Positions 37,513 through 49,899 of a stretch of DNA of 64,000 bases are shown one piece after another. Location: contig NC_057718.1 in the NCBI RefSeq assembly GCF_004010195.1, forward strand, positions 72,204,071-72,268,070, in the 5' to 3' direction. Every line of letters begins with the position of its first letter. Position 1 is the first letter of the stretch. The DNA is from Chiloscyllium plagiosum (taxonomy: Eukaryota). The notes beneath the pieces were generated by a model that was not told where the DNA came from, did not search any database, and was given only the letters and a program-made list of their open reading frames with translations. Both the position numbers and the translations under genes were made by a program.

Positions 37513-39829
37513 GAGTTAGTACACTGGATTGCTGAGTTATGGACGACATCAAGGTAGAATGTGGAATGTCAGCCTGTCAGCGTTAGCATAATCACGCTTG
37601 TAGGAAACACAGGTAAGAATTTCAAAAGGCAAGAGCTAAGAGAAGATTGGGATAATTATTAGGTTTATCCCATTTGAAATCCAAGCATACTACTTGTTAG
37701 TTCCACTATATTCTACAAATCCACATCTTCAAAAAACTAACAGATTTGTTGGAAAAGGCATTTCTTCAAATAAAACCACGTTAACTTGTGGTTTTATTTG
37801 AAGACTATGCTTTTCTAAGTGCATTGTTGAGACTTCTTAATCATTGATCTCAATTGATTCAACTTCGCTATCGACTGATGTCAGGATAACTGGTTCATAA
37901 TTCTCTCTGTCCTCTTTATCTCTTTTCTTAGATGCAGTTTTATATTTGCTAACTTCAATCTAGAATCTACCAGAATTTTGCAGGATTTACTGAATTTTGA
38001 AAAATCACAGCCAGGGCTTTGACTATCTCTTTTAGAACTGTATGATGTAGTCCAGCAGGTTCTGGGAATTTGTTGGATTTTAGTCCTTTGAGTTTCTTTA
38101 GTGCTTCTTTTCTGCTGATAGGAACAACCTTAACTTCCTCACTCTTAATAACCTTTGGGATATCATCTACCTCTGCTATGTAATTTGTATCTTCTACAGT
38201 GACAACAGATATAAAATATTTGTAAACATACAAATATTGCAAATGTCTTTCGTAAACGACAACCGACGTCACTGAGTCTTTGGACTGAATCTTCTGTTTA
38301 TTTTGGCTAAGTGATAATTTTTGGAGGGATCCTTGCTGCAAGGTCCAACGAGATCACTCTCCACATCTTATCAATAATGCCTCATTAAATGCTTCATTGC
38401 GATCCTCGATGTGATCAATTCTATCTACCTTTTACTATGTGTCATTCTGGGAATAACTCATCACTCACCAGATATCTGTCTAAAGATGGATGGAGGTGTG
38501 CCAAACATTTGACTCCTCAGTTCCTACAATTAGAAAACTCTGACCCTTGCAAGTGAAGACCAAGATAACATCTGCAGGGTTGCAGAGAGATCTATTTCCC
38601 AACGATCAAATAAGTAGCATTCTTAATCCACGACATCCCTCACAGTAACTGTGCGGTCAGTCTCATTCATTACATACCACTTCTAACCATTGGCTATGAA
38701 GCATTCTGTCTTATCTTGCAATTACCAGCAGGACATACACCACCTCACGGATAAACAGCTAGATCCTTGAATTGTACCGAGACCTCAATTGTACTGAGGA
38801 AACATCAAAAAGGCAGTCTCCTTCCCACCTCCCAGCCACTCAAAAAAATAGATGTAGAGGTAAATAATGCTTTTTTTATACAGATGTGAGAACTGACGTA
38901 CAGTGCTATATTACTCTTGCTGCCAATGTGCCCTCAATAGGTTTCCTTCTTTCTCTCTCTGTCCCTCTGACTACCGATCTCGGTGTAATCCCTGTTTCTA
39001 CAGCCAGTATGAAGGAAGCCTGTTCAGCAATTAGCCCTGGAAGTGTTGACAAGCAACCGCAAGGGTATTTGTGTCTGGATATCCTGAACATACTAAGTAT
39101 TTGGCCCCTGGCTTGAACTTCCAAGAGTCAGAAGGGCAGGCAAGGTCAAAAGGTGGATAGCATATCGCCTGGGAATTGTCAAGAATATAGACATCTGAGG
39201 AGCCATTGTGTAGTTCCAGCTGCAGCTGGGTGCCTCCTGGCACTGTCCTGCCTCCTTGTGAGGAAGGGACAGATAGAAGACTTGCCTGGTTTCTCTATTC
39301 CCCTGTCTCTACGCTTTTAGTCCTGAGGTCCAATGTTTGGAGCAATAGAGTTCAGGTATATGCCTCTCTCCAGCAGTACCCACTTACCACCATCACCACC
39401 AGCAGCTCAGATACTAACACTTCTGGTGTTCACAGTCTGGTGACCACCACACTACGACATCTCTGGAGCTGATTGAGGAAGAAATGCCTCATACCACTGC
39501 TGGAGAGATGCACACATCTGCACTCTATTTCTCTAAGCATTGGACTCAGGACTAAAGGTACAGAGACATTATATAATTCAATAGCTAAAACAGCATGTCT
39601 TCCTCAACATATTGTTCTAGAAAACCATTCCTAAGACATTCCAAAAACTTGTCCTCTGCGGCTTTAGTGCCCAATTGATTTTCCCAATCTTTATGAAGAC
39701 TGAAGTCACTTATAATAAGTGTTGCCTATGCTACATGTTTCTTTCATTTTCTGAATCATACCATGTTCCACATTACCACTACTATTTGATGGCCTAGAAT
39801 CAAACAGCTGACCCTTTCTGTTTCTCAGT

Positions 39830-39957
39830 TCTTCTTCAGGAATCTAAGCCCGAAACGTCAATTCTCCTTCTCCTTGGATGCTGCCTGACCTGCTGCGCTT
39901 TTCCAGCAACACATTTTTAAGCTCTGATCCCCAGCATCTGCAGTCCTCACTTTCTCC
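39830..39957 (+). mobile_element. Penelope-derived mini-insertion with a short 5' fold-back
   Basis: cttcttcaggaat (inverted hammerhead start) followed by gcccgaaacgtca...cagtcctcactttctcc. Confidence 0.75.
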
Positions 39958-40189
39958 TTTTTGCCCTTCATAAATGTCAAAAATCATGAATTTCAGTACC
40001 CTGTCCTAGTCACCATGCAGCCATGTTTCTGGAATGGCAAATCAATCATACCCATGTGTCTCTATTTGTGTTTTTAGAGTGTCAATCATGATGCAAATGC
40101 TGGGTGAATGCAGGCAGATATTCCATAGTCTTATGAAGTTGAAGGCATGTACTGTACCTTTAAGAGAATGAATGCTGTTCTGAACAGAG

Positions 40190-40865
40190 AGTTTACAAGC
40201 ACCTGTGTATATGATTAGTTGGCAGTCCCAGAGGGTACTGGAAAATTGAAAATATGTAACATTTGGCTGTGAAATGGAAATCTGAGTTGGTTGCTGTTTT
40301 GACAACAATTTGAATTTAATCAGTTTAAATTATGCCCCAGCATACTAAAACCCAATCGAGTTTGAATTTATTGTTTTGCCAACATCAAACCAATGAGATG
40401 ATCCGATGTTGGGGGTATAAAAATACAGACATTTTCAAAACTGGAGAGAAAGCAATTGCCATTGAAACAGATCCAATAAATTAGGAAAAACTACCTTTTC
40501 ACATCAAACGTACACTCAGTACTCAGAAAGAAGACAACCCAGGGAATTTGGCAACTGGAAGAGTGAAATTACAGAAGATGAGAGCAGTTGTGTGGTTTTG
40601 AAATTGAGTTGAGGTGATTTTAATAAGTGTCTTATTGGAACAACATATTTTTGGAGGCAAGTAATAAGCAATTAAGAGAAAAGGGGGGCTTAGACTTATG
40701 AATAGTTGTTGTTTAATGTTCATTTATAGAATTTTTAAAAAATTGATGTTATTTTCTTTAAACAGTGGAATTTGGAAGTTCTCTGTCACTCTTTTTAATA
40801 ATCACTAGGCGAGGTGAGCTTTTCTGGGTGTTTGGTTTAATTAACAGAGGGGTTCACTGCGTTTT
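40190..40865 (+). mobile_element. Possible solo LTR
   Basis: Non-coding block between decayed CR1 pieces, with ccaat (40391) and tataaaa (40417) at promoter-like spacing. Termini not confirmed. Confidence 0.35.
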
Positions 40866-42096
40866 TGAGGCATATGTCATTGTTGGCTTTGTTCTTCCTG
40901 TCCTCTAGTCACCCTGGTGCCTTTTTGAGTTCCAGTTACCAACTTTACTTCCTTCCAATTTTGGTTACCTCTTAGGTTCCCATCGCTCTACCAAGCTAAT
41001 TTAAACCCACCCCAATAGTACTAGCAAATTTCTCCATGAGGGGACAGCCTGTTAAGCTGTAACCTGCCCAGCTTGTACTAGTCCCACCTACCCCAGAACC
41101 AGCTGCAAATCCCCAGAAAACCCTAACACTCCCTCCTACACCAGTTCTCTAGCCACATATTCAACCAATCAATCACTCATTGTGCCTGTTCTTCTGCTCA
41201 CTCTCATGTGGCATTATGCGTAATCTTGAGGTTACTGCCATTAAGGTCCTGCTTTTCAATTTCTTCCCTCAATCCCTTAAGTGTACCTACAGGATCTCAA
41301 CCCTCTTCCTACTTACGTCATTGGTACCCAAGTGATTGATGACCTTTGTATGAATATGCCCTAAAGCTGGGCTGTGACATTGTTGATTCTGGAATTGAGT
41401 TAAGACACCAACTCGAAGTCATATTTAATACCACAGAAACAACAGCTTGAGCCTCAAACATGTTGAAACTCCAATAACTACTGCTCTTCTGTTCTTCCCT
41501 TATACAACTGAGTCACCCGAGGAACAATCACCTTCATTAATTTTGAAAATGGAATATTGATCAGCAAGCACAGAGCCTCTTGCACTTGCAGCCTGGTTTT
41601 TTGAAACTGCCTGATAGTCACTCATTCCTTTCTGCCTATGTTTCTAATGTACAACGTGACCATCTTTCTTAATGCACTTTCCACAAATTCCTCTAGCATC
41701 CATCATGCTCTGAAATATGTAGCTCAAGCTTGTGTAGTTGGTTACACTTCCCGCACACTTCCTTATCTGGTTCATTTATGACTTTTCTCACATACGACAA
41801 ATTGGATACTCTACCATGTAACATGACCTTCTAACATGTAAATCTGAAAAGTATGTTAACATTAGAATAAGTATGAACACAGTATGAAATTGTAACAAGC
41901 TATTTCTCAGTAAAAGAGAGGAAAGAAGTCTACTGACTTAAATGCAAGCAAAATACTCAACTTTACTTTTAAGAATGGAAATACCAGCCAAACCTACTCA
42001 GCTGCTTTCCATGTAGTGGTGACATTATGTAACCATTGGTCTCCTTATAGGTAGCCTCTTGATCTGTGTCTTGTTTCCTCTCCCGTTTAACCTCCT

Positions 42097-42625
42097 AGTC
42101 ATAGAGCCATAGAGATGTACAGCAGGGAAACAGATCCTTCAGTCCAACTCATCCATGCCGACCAGATATCTCAACCCAATTTAGTTCCACCTGCCAGCAC
42201 TTGACCCATATCCTCCAAACCCTTCCTATTCAGATGAATTTTAAATGTTGCAATTGTACTAGCCTCCATCACTTCCTCCGGCACCCATTCCATACACGTA
42301 CCACCCTCGGTGTGAAAAAGTTGCCCCTTAGGTCTCTTTTATATCTTTCCCCTCTCACCCTGACCCTATGCCCTCTAGTTCTGGACTCCCCCACCCCAGG
42401 GAAAAGACATTGTCTATTTATCCTATCCATGCCCCTCGTAATTTTATAAACCTCTACAAAGTCACCCCTCAGCCTCTGACACTCCAGGGAAAACAGCAAT
42501 GGCCTCGTTAATCTCTCCCTATAGCTCAAATCTAACCCTGGCAACATCCTTGTAAATCTTTTCTGAACCTTTCAAGTTTCACAACATCCTTCCAATAGGA
42601 AGGAGACCAGATTTGACACAATATT
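42097..42625 (-). mobile_element. CR1 (HER1-like) 3' end
   Basis: ORF 42269-42547, closely similar to 168-720. Confidence 0.88.
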
Positions 42626-44018
42626 CCTGGAGACTTTATTAGTGCTAAGGATGTAGAGGACAATTTCTTGGAATGTATGAAAGATGGTTAAGAGCAACTG
42701 AGGAACCAGTTAGTGAATACTTCTGATCTAGTACGTTTTGTGCAATGAAAAAGAGCTAACTAAGCCTTTACTAAACAGTCACCATAATAGAATACGATTT
42801 TATATTAACTTTGAACGTGATGCCATTCAGTCAGAAACTATGGTTTTAAATCGATAAAACAAAAACTTTGAAGGTTACATTTGAATCAGAAACTGCTTTA
42901 AAATTATCATAGTAGACAGACTGCATTTAGCAATTAAAGAACTCAGTTAATAAAGAGTATATTTCTCTAATGCACCAAAACCATGAAGGAAAGTGTTATA
43001 ACTATGGCTAATAAAGTAGTGTGTGAATATGCCAAAGGAGGAGATATATCATGTTGCCAAAAACTATTAAGCCTAAGGATTGGGAATATTTTAGATTTGT
43101 GCAAAGCAAGACCACCCACCTCAGTTTCTATGGTTATCTATGGTGGACTTTCCATACTGGCCTCCCACTAGCAGGTTCTAACAGCCTTATCATCAGATGG
43201 TTACCCTCACCCTGCACTCCCTTGTTCTCCACCTCTTGTACAGCCATACACCATTTGAAGACCGAATGGCAAAAATAGTTGGCAATTTTAGCTGCCATCA
43301 CCACTATCCACATCTTCAACATGAACATGAGCTCCAGAACAATTGAATTGTACTCCTGCTTCTATGGCCTTGAAATTTGAGACAGCAACTGCTATCCGTT
43401 ATTGGGCTTTTAGGTTCTTAATCACCCTGATCCATAGAATTAGGGAATTTGGAACTGGTGTTAGAATGCAACAATATAGCTTCATACTCTTGAAGTCGCA
43501 ATGTTGGGGTGCACAAGGCAGCTGTGTGTCATAATAATATTTTTTCCTTTACTTCAGTTAATGAATTTTGTCAATTTCCTCAATCAATATGTCAAAAGTC
43601 CTAGGTCACCTAGCTGCTTTTGTTAACTTTGTACTGTGTGTGTAGTGTCTTGACCTTTGAAAAGCATCATTTTTAAAAATTCTTTTGTGGGATGTGAGTG
43701 TGGCTAGCTAGCAAGCACTTATTGTCTATCCCTACTTGCACTTGAGAAGGTGGTGGTGAGTTGCCTTCTTCAATTGTTGCAGTCCATCTGCTGTGGGCTG
43801 GCCCACAATACCGTTAGGGAAGGAATTCTAGGATTTTGACCCAGTGACAGTGAAAGAACAGCAATACATTTCCAATCAGGATGGTGAGTGGCTTGGAGGG
43901 GAAATTGCATGCAATGGTGTTCCCATGTATCTGCTGCTTTTGTTCTTCAAGATGGAAGTGATTGGGGGTTTGGAAAGTGCTGTCTGTAGAACTTATGCAA
44001 TGCATCTTGTTGATGGGT

Positions 44019-44042
44019 GGGGGGGGGGGGGGGGGGGGGGGG
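44019..44042. repeat. G24 homopolymer
   Basis: Seen directly. Confidence 0.9.
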
Positions 44043-44259
44043 AAAAAGAGGGCTTCACTTTCTACCATTAACAGTCCAGTTTCATCTGTGTTAAATACAC
44101 CTCTTGGTACATACTCATTCAGGACATGGATGGATCACTATTAGAAACTGGGATTCCCTTAAAAAATGAATTATTTTAGTAATTCCTATATTTTCGGTAT
44201 AGCATAAAACCTCATTTAACAATGTTGCTGTTTATCAGTTGAGTAGAGTAGCTTTTTAT

Positions 44260-45205
44260 TTGTCATTTTACCATATACAACTGATACAGTAAAAACGAGA
44301 CAGCCTTCCTCCAAGGCAGAGGGTCTACATGGACAGCACAAACTACACAATGGCATAAAGTGAATAAGTGCAAAACACACAAGTTACAGTGTAATAGAAG
44401 AATGATAAATAATAGGTATTTTTCTAGCAGCAATTTGAAGTCGTGCAAAGAATTTCAGATGGGAAAGAGTCTGATCATACTGTGTTAAGGAGCCTGATAG
44501 CTTGGGGGAAGAAACTGTTACAGTTTGGCCATGGTTGGTATCTTCTGCCAGATGGCAGGAGGGCCAAGAGTTTGAGTGAGGGGTGTGTGGGTTCTTCCAC
44601 AATGCTCTTAGCCTTTCAGATACAGCTTGTGGTGTAAATATCTATAATGGAAGGAAGAGAGAGCCTGATGATCCTCTCAACTGTCCTCACTATCCGTTGC
44701 AGGGTCTTATGATCTGAGATGGTGCAATTCCCAAACCTAGCAGTGATGCTGCAGCTCAGGGTACTCTCAATGAACCCTCTATAGAATGTGGTGAGCGTGG
44801 GAGGTGGGCTTTCCTCAGCCTGTGCATAGAGATGCTGCTGGGCTTTCTAGGAATTGGAGCTGTGATGAGGGTCCAGGTGAGATTCTCCGAGGTGTACTCC
44901 AAGAAATTTGGTGCTCTTCACAATCTACATGGGGGAACTATGATGTTCAGCAGAGAGTGATCGCTCCGTGCCCTCCTGAAGTCAACAACCATCTCTTTCA
45001 ACTTGTCCCCGTTCAGAGACAGGTTGTTGGCTCTGCACCAGTCGCTTAACAGCTGTACCTCACCTCTGTATGCTGATTTGTCAATCGTGCTGATGAGACC
45101 CACTATAGTCGTATCATCAGCGAACTTGATGATGTGATTTGATCTGTGCATAACTGCACAGTTGTGTGTCAGCAGGGTGAACAGCAGTGGACTGAACACA
45201 TACAT
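44260..45205 (-). mobile_element. Rex1/Babar-type LINE, 5'-truncated
   Basis: SPLLFTLLTHNC...IIKFADDTTIVGLIS...AYRGEVQLLSDWCRANNLSLN...EMVVDFRR is typical of Rex1 RT. Confidence 0.75.
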
Positions 45206-45849
45206 TTATTAATAGATGTATTGCGCACCACTCTATAATCAAGGCTGTATTTCAGAAAATAGGGTGTTTTGGACTTAGAAGGAATGACAGCTAACCTTTA
45301 AATGAGGATGAGCAAGGGAACAACAGTCACCCTGTCATCATGAGTAGCTGCTTCATGGTAAATGGCCAAAAGGAGTCAGAAAATTGAATGACATAACATA
45401 AGCCATCAGCCCTAGAATTAGATACTTCAACAATTGCTCAGCTTCAGAGGAGAGCCCTCATGGGTGGCAGTCCGCAAACGGGAGTGATTTTCTCCAAATG
45501 GAAGATGGACTAGAAGAGGAGGTGGGAGACTAAAGGAAAAGCAGGAATAGTTCCCTAATATTCTGACAAAACAGGATGCTCTTGACAGCACTGTTGAGAT
45601 AATGCATTCCATGCAAACAGCCTTCTGGTATCAATGAAACCACCTCATTTGTCATAATTGTATATTTTCTTTGTCTAATTAACTAGTGTGCCACATCTAA
45701 AGTGCTGCTGCTTAACAAATTCAAATTATTTGAAAATTGCTTAGACATGGTCAACTGCCTATGGTAATGGAATTACTGTGATCATAAACTCAAAATCTAA
45801 CACAGGTGTCAGGAGCCAAATGTCACAGAATTCGATGTTTAATTGGCTA

Positions 45850-48800
45850 TAAATTTGAGAATCTAAGAAGCAGCAGTCTTAGATTGTACCGAGAGGTGCG
45901 AGGGAGGAGCAAAGGACTTCTGGGAAGGTGAGTCTAACTGTTTAAAACACTTATTTCAGGCATCAGGGCCTCCATTTGCCGAGAGGTGCGAGGGAGGAGC
46001 AAAGGACTGCCAGGAAGTTTTTAAGTGGGTGAGATCTAGACCATTGGGATACCTTCTGGGGAAGGTGGAACCTGTACATGACGGACAGGTTGCACTTGAA
46101 CTGGAGGGGCACAAATGTCCTGGGTGGGAGATTTGCTTGTGTAATTGGAGGGTTTAAACTAGTTTGGCAGGGGGGTGGGAATCAGAGCCACATGTCTGAG
46201 ATGGGGACAGTTACAGATGGGACAGTGACAGGACGTACTGAATCTATCAGGAAGGTTTCTCACACGATGAAATAAAGAGATCGGTTAAAGTGTGTCAGCT
46301 TTAATGCAAGGAGTGTCTGAAATAAGAGTGATAAACTTAGAGTATTGACTTGGGGCTGCGATGTTGTGGTCATAATGGAGACGTGGGTTTCACTGGGGCA
46401 GGAATGGTTGCTTGATGTTCCATGGTTTAGAATGTTTAAAAAGAACAGGGAGGGTGGAAAAAGAGGAGAGGGTGTACCATTGCTAATCAGAGAGTGCATC
46501 ACAGCTACAGAAACAAAGATTGTTGAGGAAGGTTTGTCTACTGAGTCAGTATGGGTGGAAGTTAGGAACAGCAAGGGAACAGCCACTTCATTGGGGGTTT
46601 TCTACAGACCACCTAATACCAATAGAGAGATTGAAGAACTCATAGGCGAGCAGATTCTGGAAAAATGCAGAAGTAGCAGGGTTGTTGTTATGGGCGATTT
46701 CAACTTTCCCAATATCGACTAGAACCTCCTAAGTGCAGATCTTTTGGATGGAGCTGTTTTTGTCAGGTGCGTTCAGGAGGGTTTCCTTACTCAGTATGTC
46801 GACAGACCGATGAGGGGAGAGGCCATTTTGGATTTAGTGCTTGGCAACGAGCCAGGACAGGTGTCAGACCTCCCGGTGGGAGAGCACTTTGGTGACAGTG
46901 ATCACAACTGCCTCACATTTAGCACAGACTTAGAGAGTGAAAGGAGCAGTTACCAAGGGAAGATATTTAATTGGGGAAAAGGAAATTATGACGCTATCGG
47001 ACAGGAGTTGGGAAGTACAGACTGGGAGCATTTATTCCGCAGAAAGGGCACAGCAGATATGTGGAGACTATTTAAGGAGCAGTTGTTGTTCTTCTGAGAC
47101 AGGTAAGAAGGGATTAAGGAACCTTGGATGATGAGACCAGAGGAGCTTCTTGTCAAAACGAAGTAGGCAGCTTACGTAAGGTGGCAGAAGCAAGGATCTA
47201 GCACAGCTTTAGAGGCTTACTGGAAAGGAGCACAGAAATGCAAAGAGATGAACCAGAAGGGGGCATGAAAAAGGCTTGGCAAGAAGGATTAGGAAGAACC
47301 CAAATGCATTTTACTCATACGTGAGGAATAAGACAATAATCAGGGAGAAGGTAGGGCCGACCAGGGATAGCGGAGGGAACTTGTGCTTGGAGTCTGAGCA
47401 GATAGGGGAAGCCCTAAGTGAGTTTTTTGCTTAGGCTTTCACTAAGGAAAGGGAACTTGTTGTGAATGACAACTTTGAGGAGCTGGGATGCAGTCTTGAC
47501 CAGATCAAGATTGATGAAGTTGATGTGCTAGAAATTTAGGAAAATATTAAGATTGATAAGTCCCCAGGACCAGAACAGATTTATCCTAAGCTGCTCTGGG
47601 AAGTGAGAAAGGAGGTTGCTAAGCCACTGGTGAGGATATTTGCCTCCTGGCTATCTGAATTCAGAATTGGCTGGCTGACAAGGCAGAGTGGTTGAGGATG
47701 GAAAGCAATCTGCCTGGAGGTCAGTGTTGAGTGGGGTCCCGCAGGGCTCTGTTCTTCGGCCTCTGCTCTTTGTAGTTTTTATAAATGACTTGGATGAGGA
47801 AGTTGAGGGGTGGGTTAGTAAATTTGCAGATGACACAAAGGTTGGCGGTGTCGCCGATAGTATAGAGGGCTGCTGCAGCGTGGCATAGACAGGATGCAGA
47901 ACTGGGCTGAGAAATGGCAGATGGAGTCCAACCTGGATAAATGCGAAGTTATGCATTTTGGAAGGTCGAACTCGAATGCTGAATATAGGATTAAAGACAG
48001 AATTCTTGGCAGTGTGGAGGAACAGAGGGATTTGGGTGTGCAAGTACATAGATCCATCAAAGTTGCCACCCAAGTGGACAGGGTTGTTAAGAAAGCATAT
48101 GGTGTTTTGGCTTTCATTTATTAGATTCCCTACAGTGTGGAAACAGGATCTTCAGCCCAACCAGTCCACACTGACCCTCCGAAGAGTAACCCACCCAGAC
48201 CCCCATTTCCCCTCTGACTAAAGCACCTAACACTATGGACAATTTAGCATGGCCAATTAACCTGACTTGCACATCTTTGGACTGTGTGAGGAAACCGGAG
48301 CACCCGGAGGAAACCCACGTAGACACAGGGAGAATGTGCAAACTCCACACAGTCGCCAGAGACTGGAATCCAACCTGGGACCCTGGTGCTGTGAGGCAGC
48401 ATTGCTAACAACTGAGCCACTGTGCCACCCAAATATACAAGTTCATTAACATGGGGATCGATTTTAAGAGCCACGAGGTTTTGCTACAGCTCTACAAGTC
48501 CCTGGTGAGATCACACTTGGAATATTGTCCAGTTCTGGTCACCCTACTATAGGAAAGATACAGAGGCTTTGGAGAGGGTGCAAACAAGGTATACCAGGAT
48601 TCTACCTGGACTAGAGGGCTTGCCTTATGAAGAAAGGTTGTGTAAGCTCGGACCTTTCTCTCTGGAGAGGAGGAGCAACAGAGGAGACCTGACTGAGGTA
48701 AGCAAGATAATGAGTGGAATAGATAGAGTTAATAGCCAGAGACTTTTCCCCAGGGCAGGATTGACTAGTACGAGGAGTCATAGTTTGAAGATATTAGGAG

Positions 48801-49050
48801 GAAGGTATAAAGGAGACATCAGAGGTAAATTCTTTACACAGAGAGTTGTGAATGCATGGAATGCGTTGCCAGCTGTAGTGGTGGAAGCAGGGTTACTGGG
48901 GACATTTAAGCGACTGCTGGACATGCACATGGATAGCAGTGAGTTAAAGGATGCGCAGGTTAAGTTATTATATTTTACATTAGGATTAAACCTTGACACA
49001 AAATCGTGGGCCAAAGGACCTGTTCTGTGCTGTACTTTTCAATGTTCTAT
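45850..49050 (+). mobile_element. CR1 LINE with 5'UTR, internal deletions in ORF1 and RT, and an inserted SINE
   Basis: SGNH tail DRLHLNWRGTNVL (46078), APE (46345-47097), RT (47688-48124, 48569-49072). Confidence 0.88.
48119..48441 (-). mobile_element. HE1-type SINE
   Basis: TSD ttcatt at 48113-48118 and 48442-48447, V-domain. Confidence 0.88.
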
Positions 49051-49174
49051 GCATGCGTGGAGAAATTCTTAAGTGAAACACAAAGATACAATGGCATTGG
49101 ATTATTTTCAAATAATTCATAGACTGTTTAGATTTATCAAAATATTGGAAGAATTCTTTCACAAGAAAGATTTC

Positions 49175-49452
49175 ACTGTGCCAGGGACCCGGGCTCGATT
49201 CCCACCTCGGGCAACTGGTGGAGTTTGCACATTCTCCTGTGTCTGCGTGGGTTTTCTGCGGGCACTCTGGTTTTCTCCCACAGTCCACAAATGAGAAAGT
49301 TAGGTGAATTGGCCATGCTAAATTGCCCATAATGTTCAGGAATGGGTAGGATAGGTGCATTACTCTGGGGTAAATGTGGGGGAGGGGCTCTTCAGAGGGT
49401 CAGTGTGGACTTGTTGGGCCAAAGGGCCCGTTTCCACACTGGAGGGGTTCTA
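49175..49452 (+). mobile_element. 5'-truncated HE1-type SINE
   Basis: V-domain and 3' end ggacttgttgggccaaagggcccgtttccacac. Confidence 0.8.
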
Positions 49453-49899
49453 TAAAAAAAATTAAGTAATATCAACATGTGTCAGCCCAATAATATTGCA
49501 CATTACACCCTAGAATATTGCTGTCATATTTAAAGTGGGGGTAAAGGAAAGAAATGTCAAACATATTCTAGCATGTTACTGTTGTCAAAACTGCATGTCT
49601 TTTAAGAATGAAGGAACAAGCAGAGTTTAATAATGTCTGCAACCAGACAGTAATGATGGATTTCTGTTTTAGAGATACTATGAAATTATACAATGTTAAA
49701 TGGTAATAATTCATTTGGATGGAATATATCAAGTGAAAGGCAAGTGTGAATGAAATTAATTGTGTATAGCCTTCTCAGAGAAATGTGTGCTCAGTTGATG
49801 AAACTTTTAAATGTTTAAGAATGATTAAGACTATTTATCCATCCTCTGAAAAATTGGGATTAAGCAGGACTTCCCTCTCTCTTTCTTCCCCTCTCATAT

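Noticed and set aside
49495..49540. Possible missing upstream SERAC1 exon (K-Y-D-S on the minus strand)
   Set aside because: The surrounding translation does not match IISVEYDTSLSDWR and I found no fitting splice sites.
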